Assembly: GCA_040954595.2 (NCBI GenBank)
Contig: CM082592.2
Location: forward strand, 3,736,735 to 3,800,734
Length of the DNA stretch: 64,000 nucleotides
Reading direction: 5' to 3'
Source of the DNA: Balanoglossus misakiensis
Taxonomy: Eukaryota > Animalia > Hemichordata
Below are positions 1 through 8,374 of this stretch, one piece after another (positions within the stretch are counted from its first letter, which is position 1; each line of letters starts with the position of its first letter). The notes under the pieces are model-generated. The model was not told the DNA's origin and made no database searches. It saw only the letters and a list, made by a program, of their open reading frames with translations. A program made the position numbers and the translations under genes.

Positions 1-1
1 C

Positions 2-475
2 GTTGTCCAAAATCTTGGTGAAGACAAAAAACTCGAGGCCTATTCATTAAACGTTCGTCCACTCGATACAAGTGTGTATGAAGACAACTTCAACCAGCAG
101 GTTCGCAACACTCTGTTGGGTAGTATCACGCTTAAAAATAACGGTGATCCTGGACGAAGACATTGGGGAAAGCACGGTGCGCACGACGGTGTGTCCGGGA
201 AGGAAAATGTGCAGTTGCTGGTTGACGCGTGCTCTCTGGCTTGGCAAGATTTTATAATAAATGCAGCTCTTGCCCCGTGGATTGAAAAAACGGGCGTTCG
301 TTTGATACCTAAAAGAAGTAAACGCATCGAAGACTTACATTCAATTATCCCTTTCATGAAATATATAAAGAAGGACAGATTCACGAAAATACTCGCAGAA
401 ACGCTCGACGTACCAATGGACGATTTTGATACGGGTGTAGAACAAAATTTGGATATATTTAAAGAGTTTGATTAA
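2..475 (+). CDS. Viral hypothetical protein, 5'-partial (frame open from base 2)
   Basis: Frame reads VVQNLGEDKKLEAYSLNVRPLDTSVYEDNF... with no stop from the window edge to TAA at 473-475. Confidence 0.7.
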   Translation, partial: VVQNLGEDKKLEAYSLNVRPLDTSVYEDNFNQQVRNTLLGSITLKNNGDPGRRHWGKHGAHDGVSGKENVQLLVDACSLAWQDFIINAALAPWIEKTGVRLIPKRSKRIEDLHSIIPFMKYIKKDRFTKILAETLDVPMDDFDTGVEQNLDIFKEFD

Positions 476-478
476 CAT

Positions 479-1372
479 ATGTTTATAGAAGTCAAAATGG
501 TCGACAGTGACAGACGGATCGTGTCCACGCACGACATTATTTCGAATCGGTTCCTGAGATGCCGATTGAAAATTTACTTGCCTGGTTTAGTCTTATCCAC
601 AACCGTTATCAGTTCCGTTGATATGTGGCGAATTGGAATGCGTGAAATGAAGAAGGTCATGGATCAACGTGGTAAAACGCTAAACAAGAATATCATGCAG
701 ATGACGAAGTGTCCTCTGACATATTTATCCCATGAATTTCGCGATAATGGCGTTAAACGCGAATATTCAAGGGTAATAGCTAATTATAAAACGAGGGAAC
801 GTAAGAGATTAGAGGCAAAGGGGATTCGCGCGCTTGTGCATAGATTAACAGAATCGACGTACAATGACAAAGAGTCAATCGCAGCTTTAAGGTCTGATTT
901 GACTAAAAGGGAACAGCGTATTTCGAGACTCGACCTTAAAACACACACACAAGCGCCAATGTTACCATCGGTTAACCAGGTATGTCAATGTGCAAAAGCG
1001 GATATCTTGTATGATGGGGAACAAATGCCACCGCGTGAAATTAACACTGGATCATCAGATAGTGAAGAAGAATATCAGACTGGTCACACCAGTGACAGCG
1101 ATGGATACAACCACGACAATGAAGATAGTTCGGATGAGGAAGACATTGACGGTGACAGTGCGTTCGCACCCACACATAGAGAAAAACTGTGCAGTATGGC
1201 CTTCTTGAGACACAACCCTTATGGGGTTGTAGGGTTTAACACAAGGCACGATGAAGAGAGGTTACACTGGTATAGGCTAGTAAAAAAGAACGAGAAAAAT
1301 AGGATAAACAGTGTTAAACATCTCAGTATACACGACGTGCGTCAATTATGGGCCAGAAAGCGTGTAAAGTAA
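479..1372 (+). CDS. Viral hypothetical protein with basic coiled-coil and acidic tract (start may be ATG 497)
   Basis: 297-aa ORF. TATTTAAA at 456-463 lies 41 nt before ATG 497, which has a good aaaATGg context. Confidence 0.75.
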   Translation: MFIEVKMVDSDRRIVSTHDIISNRFLRCRLKIYLPGLVLSTTVISSVDMWRIGMREMKKVMDQRGKTLNKNIMQMTKCPLTYLSHEFRDNGVKREYSRVIANYKTRERKRLEAKGIRALVHRLTESTYNDKESIAALRSDLTKREQRISRLDLKTHTQAPMLPSVNQVCQCAKADILYDGEQMPPREINTGSSDSEEEYQTGHTSDSDGYNHDNEDSSDEEDIDGDSAFAPTHREKLCSMAFLRHNPYGVVGFNTRHDEERLHWYRLVKKNEKNRINSVKHLSIHDVRQLWARKRVK

Positions 1373-1415
1373 ACTGTATATTAACGGGGTGGTTATGTCA
1401 ATGGCATGATTGACG

Positions 1416-1961
1416 ATGATCAAATATTTCGCGTTCTATTTGGCATTTGTGTGCGTCGTAAGCGGCGTTACAACCGGTTACGGCATGACATTGTTAGACC
1501 TTAGGAAGTGTACCAATGAAACAATTCCGTGGTACTGTGCAGACCATAGTTACTGTCCACCATGTAATGAATCTAAAACATATACGCGTGTTTGTTCTGA
1601 TATCATAACAATAGGAAAATCTGACGACGATCAGACTGTGTCTGTTGTCGGTAACATTTGCAACTGTACTTGCGGCAACATCACATGCGGCCGCATAAAT
1701 TCCACATTCCATTTATACATTCGACAGCCATCCGAATGTCAACTACCTGTAGATTGGAATGATTATCCATCTGTTGGTGATGATGTAACGCCCAATGACC
1801 GGTACGCACCAAAACAAGTTCAACAGAACGTGCATACGTCAAATGACGGCCGCATCAGTATCTGTCCAATGTTTGGAGTGAACACAGCTGATTCTCCCAT
1901 ATCTTCAAGGTCGTCATTGATAACAGTTATTCTCACATTGAGTGCGGTTGCTTTTCAATAA
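1416..1961 (+). CDS. Cys-rich secreted or surface glycoprotein with signal peptide and hydrophobic C-terminal tail (possible GPI signal)
   Basis: Signal peptide MIKYFAFYLAFVCVVSG; several N-x-S/T sequons (NET, NES, NCT, NIT, NST); tail LITVILTLSAVAFQ; AATAAA overlaps the stop. Confidence 0.75.
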   Translation: MIKYFAFYLAFVCVVSGVTTGYGMTLLDLRKCTNETIPWYCADHSYCPPCNESKTYTRVCSDIITIGKSDDDQTVSVVGNICNCTCGNITCGRINSTFHLYIRQPSECQLPVDWNDYPSVGDDVTPNDRYAPKQVQQNVHTSNDGRISICPMFGVNTADSPISSRSSLITVILTLSAVAFQ

Positions 1962-2072
1962 AATCACCCACTTCTTATTCACATACTTTTTCGTCTGAAC
2001 TTTTATCAACATGCACAAGCACTTCTGGTTATAACAACAATGTTTTATTACGAAATTACATATACATGTATT

Positions 2073-2092
2073 TATATATATATATATATATA
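2073..2092. repeat. (TA)n microsatellite
   Basis: Read directly from the sequence. Confidence 0.9.
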
Positions 2093-2380
2093 TTTCTACA
2101 GCGATAATTGTGGAGTTCACACGGATATATAGAGTACTGCTCTCCTGTTATTACGTAACATTTAAATACACGCCAAAAGCAGATACACACAATGGCCTCA
2201 AGAGGGCGTCCTACCACGGTGTACTTTTAGACAATGGTAAGTATTTAGCACGGACACTACAATAATCATATGATTTGAATAAAAGCATAAAATCGGATCT
2301 GATCGTTCAGAATACGTGTGGTGACGTGCTACACTTTATAAGTGTAGAACTCTGGATAGTGTAGATTATACACCCACGCG

Positions 2381-2944
2381 TCATGATTTCTTTTGTTTGT
2401 ACTTTTCATGTTCTTTGCATATTAACCGTAACTCGCCGCAGATTGACCTTAACAATCTAAGGGTTTCCATAGTTATCGTTTTTATCCCAGAGTCCGGATC
2501 ACATGCCTGTGTTTCTACCATCAACAGTAATGTTCGGAACAGCCGGATCTGTTCGGCGTGCAGACGCTCCGCCGATGGAATCACGTGTAAAACAAAATGT
2601 ATGTTAATTTCATCTTTTGTCAACCGCTTCAGGCTACATTTCAATGCATGCATGTCGGGTGATGACTCAGGAAAGGCGTTCGCGTAATCCGTCAAACATT
2701 CTTGAACATCGTCGACAAGGTTGGCATCTGGGACGTACCCTGATTCGGCATATTGTCTTTCAGCCCATGCGATGGGGTTAAGAGAAGGAGCGTTTCGTTG
2801 TTCGTTAGTGAGTTTAATCTTACATAATGGACAGGGGTTCTTATTCACTCCCATCCAATCCAGTTTGATCGTGGCTATTGGAGACAAATCGGATCGATTT
2901 GTACCGCCGTTTATCACGTCAATGAAGTCAATGCTACTGTTCAT
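2381..2944 (-). CDS. Viral hypothetical protein with putative split Zn site (CPLC ... HFVLH)
   Basis: 187-aa ORF with CxxC and HxxxH motifs and a helical C-terminus. Confidence 0.7.
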   Translation of the reverse strand: MNSSIDFIDVINGGTNRSDLSPIATIKLDWMGVNKNPCPLCKIKLTNEQRNAPSLNPIAWAERQYAESGYVPDANLVDDVQECLTDYANAFPESSPDMHALKCSLKRLTKDEINIHFVLHVIPSAERLHAEQIRLFRTLLLMVETQACDPDSGIKTITMETLRLLRSICGELRLICKEHEKYKQKKS

Positions 2945-3171
2945 TGTTATGCCAATTACAAATTATGAAATATTAAAGATGTAATTACATGGTGTTTTTG
3001 TTCGATACAGACAGCTACTATTGTATAGACTTTCTCTCGGCTGAATCCTCGGACAAGCGCACCTATGGATTATAACGAAATTGCGTAGTAAAGTCCCACT
3101 ACATTTAATTACCTGCTACATTACATTAATACATACAAAAATGAGTATAATACTTGCGAGGGGGGGTGTGA

Positions 3172-3546
3172 TCAAAATACGACAAAATCTTTGTCATCAA
3201 GTATTAATTCTGTCCGGACATGCGTCTTTTGTAGGGGCTGGTCTATGCAATAATGTTCAGTTGTGGGACTAATGTGGCTTGAGGTAAACAGTGAGCTACC
3301 AAAATCCTCATCGATTAGTATGCTACTGCCGGCGTCGCTATTGTCAACGTCTGATGGGGTCGTGATACCAACATTTTCAGGCGGGTGTGAGTGGTCTGTT
3401 TTATCATAGTCGCCAACTAACGTGCTGTCATCACTGTCAGAGTCTGACAAGAGTTTGTTACCACCATCTTGAAAGGAAGACAGTTCGTCTGCATTTGGTG
3501 ATCTAGGCTCGTCGCCATGGTCCATGTATCCACTATGTTCAGACAT
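3172..3546 (-). CDS. Acidic Ser/Asp-rich hypothetical protein
   Basis: 124-aa ORF with biased composition, divergent from ORF 3614. Confidence 0.55.
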   Translation of the reverse strand: MSEHSGYMDHGDEPRSPNADELSSFQDGGNKLLSDSDSDDSTLVGDYDKTDHSHPPENVGITTPSDVDNSDAGSSILIDEDFGSSLFTSSHISPTTEHYCIDQPLQKTHVRTELILDDKDFVVF

Positions 3547-3613
3547 TCGATACTCTGTACAATCCTCTTATATTTAAGTCCACTCTTGACGCTAATACGT
3601 TTAAGTATATACC

Positions 3614-3835
3614 ATGAGCCAACAGGGTACTGAAGAGTCCCCTGCTCCCGTGCAGCGACCTCCTTCTTCGCCCAAATCTTCAAAATCACCTCTGTCTAAT
3701 GTCAGAGAAGCCGCAGATATCTTTATGAGGATGTTACAGATTACAGTGCTTAACGTAACCGATTCAAACCCTGAAGGCAACAACGAAAGCCATGACGACA
3801 GGAAGCACAAACAACTTGTATCTAGTCTCTCATGA
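3614..3835 (+). CDS. Small Ser/Pro-rich hypothetical protein, overlapping the next ORF by 44 nt
   Basis: accATG context; TATTTAA at 3571-3577. Confidence 0.5.
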   Translation: MSQQGTEESPAPVQRPPSSPKSSKSPLSNVREAADIFMRMLQITVLNVTDSNPEGNNESHDDRKHKQLVSSLS

Positions 3836-5312
3836 CTGTTCTTTGACACACATTGTTGGCACGCTCGAAGCACAATGTTCATTGGCGTGGCTTCGGTTCC
3901 TATACGAAAACAGACTGAGGCCATCGGCACCCAGAGAGACTGCCTCACTGACAACTGACTTATATGACATGGGAAAAACAATTGACAGGCACTATGTTAA
4001 TGTCTATCCACCTCTATCGGAAGATATTGCGCAAACACTACAACCCCTCCTACTCTGGTGCAAAACTCAACTCTCATTTCTGGAGCTGGTGAAACAAGGT
4101 CAACTACGGGCGACCTTGAACGGGTTAGCGAAGGGCCGTTGTACCGACCTGAAACTATTCGACAAGACGCTAAATGAACACATCCGTTTCCAATGGGCAG
4201 AAAAGGAGACAGATGAACTCTGTCAACTCGCAGATGTGGTGATGGATTTTTTAATAATGTTCGGAACCATGCCCGCCCTTCCAAGAGACGTTATACACTC
4301 CTCATATGCCTGTTGGGAATGTCGTTTCGAAAATGCTTTACTGCCAAGAAATAGGGAGGAATTAGAGGTTGGTTGTTGCCATTTATATCGCGCGGTGTCA
4401 TGCTCGGAGCAAGAAGACGACCCTATACCATGCCAAGCAACCAATAAACCGGAAATTATCGATACATCGGACGTTTCTGTATATCCGCTGGATGTACAGA
4501 TGAGAGTTAGACAAGTGGCCCGTGAAAAGCAGCGACAGACACTCATACTACAAGAGATTGAAAAAGAAATCCAGACGTTAAACGTTCGATTGGAGTACCA
4601 ATTGGCGCCGAAAGTACTATCTCTCGACGTTTTCAACAAGGTAAAACGAGTGTGCGATGGTTTGGAACTAAGAAAGTCAGCGGCAGCTTTTTTCACAGAT
4701 ACCACACAACCAGTCCATATAGACAATGCATGTTGTCGCAGATTGATGTATTTGATGGAACAGGTTACATGGAGCGAGATGCTACAAAATCGTGCGTTAG
4801 ATCTATACTTTTGGTTGACGATGGACCCTCTTACTCTAAGTAATAGCTCGTGGAGACTCGAGACCACATATAGAATGTGGAATGATGCCGCGGGTATGGA
4901 CATTTTTAAAGTATGTACATTTATAGACCAACTGAAAAAAACCCGCCCAGCCGACGTACTACGCGATGAAGGTGGTCCATGCAACCTATTATTCCGAAGT
5001 TGTTACATGCAGTGTCTACTGAAGGAACTAGGACAAATCCATCACTTTCAAGCCCCTACAGCACACCGTGCAGATACCTGGGATAATACTTCCGACGGCA
5101 TGATATTTTACTATGATAATGACTCGTTTGGTCTGTACATTACTGGTCGCGGTATACATTCTTTCCAGTACAAAGAGTCCGCAATCGCATTCACCGTGTG
5201 GTTATATCATACCACAATGAAAAATCAACCTATACATAGACATGTTTTTCAAGGCTGTCCACTAAAACCGGAACAACCGCTCTTTTATAGCGTACCCACC
5301 ACAAAGTCATAG
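3792..5312 (+). CDS. Viral hypothetical protein (506 aa) with central coiled-coil
   Basis: Long ORF followed by AATAAA at 5436; no family recognised. Confidence 0.8.
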   Translation: MTTGSTNNLYLVSHDCSLTHIVGTLEAQCSLAWLRFLYENRLRPSAPRETASLTTDLYDMGKTIDRHYVNVYPPLSEDIAQTLQPLLLWCKTQLSFLELVKQGQLRATLNGLAKGRCTDLKLFDKTLNEHIRFQWAEKETDELCQLADVVMDFLIMFGTMPALPRDVIHSSYACWECRFENALLPRNREELEVGCCHLYRAVSCSEQEDDPIPCQATNKPEIIDTSDVSVYPLDVQMRVRQVAREKQRQTLILQEIEKEIQTLNVRLEYQLAPKVLSLDVFNKVKRVCDGLELRKSAAAFFTDTTQPVHIDNACCRRLMYLMEQVTWSEMLQNRALDLYFWLTMDPLTLSNSSWRLETTYRMWNDAAGMDIFKVCTFIDQLKKTRPADVLRDEGGPCNLLFRSCYMQCLLKELGQIHHFQAPTAHRADTWDNTSDGMIFYYDNDSFGLYITGRGIHSFQYKESAIAFTVWLYHTTMKNQPIHRHVFQGCPLKPEQPLFYSVPTTKS

Positions 5313-5495
5313 GACGGAATGAAAATAGAGTGTGCATATAAGTTGATTCTGAATTTCATTCAATTCAAGACACGGTACACGTCTATGGCTTACGAAAAAA
5401 AATACTCACTGGTTGTGCATGTTTGTTTTATCATCAATAAATAACAAGTGACACATTTTCGATGTATTTGTTCATTACTTCGTTTTATTTTTTTC

Positions 5496-6092
5496 CTAAA
5501 CTCTCTTCTTAGTGTCGCGAATGACTCTCCAGTTTACATCCAACTGTTTGTGAACATAAGGAAAAGTCCAGTCTTCACTTTTAATATTTTCGTCCCTGAT
5601 TGTAGTCATCGCTTGAATAAATTCCTTATATTCTCTCCGGATAGATTCTATGGGATGGTCTAACTCCATGACAGTTGTGCGACCCCAAACAACAACCATG
5701 TTCTCTAGTTCCTTTAGTCTACTTCCTGCTTTGATGTGCATACTCATTTTCTTTTGTGGAGATTGGTCTGAATTATTTAGTATCATCACAAGTGACAGCA
5801 CGATCGAGAAAACGGACAACTGGAGGACAAACAGACATTGAAACGGTCGCTGATGGGAACTTACGTAGTCATTGAGTACGCTTCCGACATTTATCATACA
5901 TCCACTGATTATTATTATCGATATAAATCTCAAAAACCTTGTCCAAGTCTCGTATCGGTCAGCGCTCAGATAGTGCGATACACAGTGAAAATGCAACGAA
6001 TGTGTAAAGTTTTCCGCCATATCGCGGAAATTCCTTCTGACATCTAATGCGTCGATTGGCCGATTTAAACCACAATGGCTTGAGTTTTCCAT
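5496..6092 (-). CDS. SLATT-like two-transmembrane protein (198 aa from ATG 6092)
   Basis: SHYLSADRY, then TM1 (FLRFISIIIISG), TM2 (LFVLQLSVFSIVLSLVMIL), then MHIKAGSRLKELE; this fits the SLATT pattern H..aa.rY-TM-TM-H..ag..y..L. Poly(A) signal just past the stop. Confidence 0.65.
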   Translation of the reverse strand: MENSSHCGLNRPIDALDVRRNFRDMAENFTHSLHFHCVSHYLSADRYETWTRFLRFISIIIISGCMINVGSVLNDYVSSHQRPFQCLFVLQLSVFSIVLSLVMILNNSDQSPQKKMSMHIKAGSRLKELENMVVVWGRTTVMELDHPIESIRREYKEFIQAMTTIRDENIKSEDWTFPYVHKQLDVNWRVIRDTKKRV

Positions 6093-6197
6093 AATTATTA
6101 TACAAACTGTACTAACGTTCGCAAATTGTGACCGCGTTCTTCTGTTTTCTCGCACGCATGGCTGGGTACTTGGTGTGCCTTTAATATCAATATATCC

Positions 6198-6470
6198 GTG
6201 GAAGGCATCTATGCAAACATTGACTTTGAAGACAGACTCTGTGAAATATGTACAGGAGGTGTGGAGGATGAATTTCATGTAATATTTTTATGCCCATTGT
6301 TTCAGAGCTTAAGATATTCATTACCACACGACAACTCCGAGTCTCTTTATGAAGAGAAATTTGTAACACTGATGAGGTCAAAGTCGCCAGCAGTGTTAAG
6401 AAACCTTGGCAAATTTGTACATGTCTATATCTCGTCGGTAAATCACCATCTTACATGTACTTCGATATAA
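6198..6470 (+). pseudogene. Fragment resembling the C-terminal CCHC zinc-knuckle region of a non-LTR retrotransposon ORF2
   Basis: GIYANIDFEDRLCEICTGGVEDEFHVIFLCPLFQSLR...FVTLMRS...LRNLGKFV matches the typical LINE tail RLC..C...vEDE.H....Cp.y...R. No in-frame ATG precedes the motif. Confidence 0.6.
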
Positions 6471-6477
6471 CCTTAAG

Positions 6478-7020
6478 CTATGCGAACCCCTTTACAACCT
6501 GAGCGACTTTATCTTCTAATTCACCCAGGCGCTGTCTCAAATTGTTTGTTTCTTGGCCGTGTACAGTACGGTGATTATGTAATACCCGAGCATTGGATAT
6601 TGCATTGTACCTATTATACAGTGCCATCAAGACAACGGACATCATATCTCCTACGTGAATACACAATCTGGCGTGGAAATCAGTTTCGGATATTTGTCGA
6701 AATCTTAAATCGAGCAAAGATAGACTGGCTAGACGAATAAAAGATTCCGCCAGAAAATATGAAAAGGTATCCGTTGAGTCATAAACACGAGATAGAATCC
6801 CCACCAATGTCCACTTTAGCCCGCAAAACAAAGCGGCAAAAAACAATTGGAAATTAATTCCGACTGAAGATATATAGTTATAACGATCATCCCCAAAAGT
6901 CTTGGCGATACTACCGTTGACTTCAAGATGGGAAATAGACAGATAAGTTCCTATTATATAGGCCAACGATGCAAACACTAACGTGGAATATTTAGCAAAT
7001 CGACTTTCTAACCGTCGCAT
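6478..7020 (-). CDS. Multi-pass membrane protein with C-terminal coiled-coil
   Basis: 180 aa, three to four hydrophobic segments, tail LRQRLGELEDKVAQV. Confidence 0.7.
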   Translation of the reverse strand: MRRLESRFAKYSTLVFASLAYIIGTYLSISHLEVNGSIAKTFGDDRYNYISSVGINFQLFFAALFCGLKWTLVGILSRVYDSTDTFSYFLAESFIRLASLSLLDLRFRQISETDFHARLCIHVGDMMSVVLMALYNRYNAISNARVLHNHRTVHGQETNNLRQRLGELEDKVAQVVKGFA

Positions 7021-7085
7021 ATTGGCACTTATGGGTTATTTACGTCAACACGATGCACAAGCAACGTTATTAAGTTCTCATAGAT

Positions 7086-7727
7086 ATGTGGTTATTTCGG
7101 AACAAACGAGCAGAAAGCAAGGAAGAAGAAGCGCGTAAGAAACGCATTGAAAAACAGAGGGAGATCGCATTGCTGATCAAATCAAACGAACAGAAAGCCA
7201 ACGACCTAGGTAAAAAAATTGTGTCGCTAGCGCTGGATAATACCGCCCCCACGCGTCGCTTTTCTACAGCCTACAAAGAAAAACTAGCCGCAGTGAATGC
7301 CACACTCCTCGAGAAAGTAACCACTGGATTAGTCAAGTTAGAAAGTCTGTCAGTGGATATCCAACTAGAAGATCTCCGCGTCCAACAAAGTCGTTTTCAA
7401 CAGTCCCGATATAAACTACTTCAAGAGGAAGAACGAGTGTTGGCGCGTAATTTGAATAAGTGCCCACCAAAGAGAATTAGAGCACAGTCCAATCGTTTAA
7501 ACCGACTACGAGAAGCCAACCGTTACAGAGACGAAATTATACAAGACTTGTACGAAGACAGTGATGAAGACTGTCAAGATTCGGCCTTTTGTCAAGCCGG
7601 TCTCGAAACTGTTGAAGAATTGCGCAATCAATTCACGGAGTCATCGTTGCTGGAGGCACCTAACGTTGTTTTAGGCAGCCTATCTTTAGAAGACAACGAT
7701 ACAGCAACACGCACCAAGCACAGTTAA
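7086..7727 (+). CDS. Coiled-coil protein resembling ESCRT-III (Snf7/CHMP family)
   Basis: 213 aa; MWLFRNK N-terminus; basic helical N-half; acidic DEIIQDLYEDSDED...VEEL...LLEAP C-half. The ORF is solid; the family call is tentative. Confidence 0.55.
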   Translation: MWLFRNKRAESKEEEARKKRIEKQREIALLIKSNEQKANDLGKKIVSLALDNTAPTRRFSTAYKEKLAAVNATLLEKVTTGLVKLESLSVDIQLEDLRVQQSRFQQSRYKLLQEEERVLARNLNKCPPKRIRAQSNRLNRLREANRYRDEIIQDLYEDSDEDCQDSAFCQAGLETVEELRNQFTESSLLEAPNVVLGSLSLEDNDTATRTKHS

Positions 7728-8239
7728 TTGCGACTATTAAAATAAAACCTCCTCAATTAGTTCTAACTTTTATTGACTCACGCATTTACTTCACACCGTG
7801 ATGTACACGCCCCACAGCGAACAGAAGACAACGATACAGCAACTCGCACCAAGCACAGTTAATTGCGACTATTAAAATAAAGCCTCCTCAATTAGTTCTA
7901 ACTTTTATTGACTCACGCATTTACTTCACACCGTGATGTACACGCCCCACAGCGAACAGAAGACAACGATACAGCAACTCGCACCAAGCACAGTTAATTG
8001 CGACTATTAAAATAAAGCCTCCTCAATTAGTTCTAACTTTTATTGACTCACGCATTTACTTCACACCGTGATGTACACGCCCCACAGCGAACAGAAGACA
8101 ACGATACAGCAACTCGCACCAAGCACAGTTAATTGCGACTATTAAAATAAAGCCTCCTCAATTAGTTCTAACTTTTATTGACTCACGCATTTACTTCACA
8201 CCGTGATGTACACGCCCCACAGCGAACAGAAGACAACGA
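7688..8239. repeat. Tandem array of 4 x 135 bp plus a 12-bp partial copy
   Basis: Unit starts AGAAGACAACGAT at 7688, 7823, 7958 and 8093, with a partial at 8228; copies are near-identical. Confidence 0.97.
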
Positions 8240-8374
8240 GGAAGAAACACGCAAGAAACGCATTGAGAAATAGAGGGGCCATAAAATTGTTGTCGATAGT
8301 GCTGGATAATGCAGCCTCAACACGTAGATTTTCTACAACATACAGAGAAACACTAGCTGTCGTGAATGCCACAC
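8238..8374 (+). pseudogene. Degenerate, internally deleted copy of the 5' part of ORF 7086-7727
   Basis: AAGAAACGCATTGA and GCTGGATAAT...TTTTCTACA...GTGAATGCCACAC match ~7120-7305; peptide LDNAASTRRFSTTYRETLAVVNAT versus LDNTAPTRRFSTAYKEKLAAVNAT. Confidence 0.85.

Noticed and set aside
7688-8239. CRISPR-like array
   Set aside because: Units are identical head-to-tail 135-mers with no unique spacers, there are no cas genes, and the context is eukaryotic.
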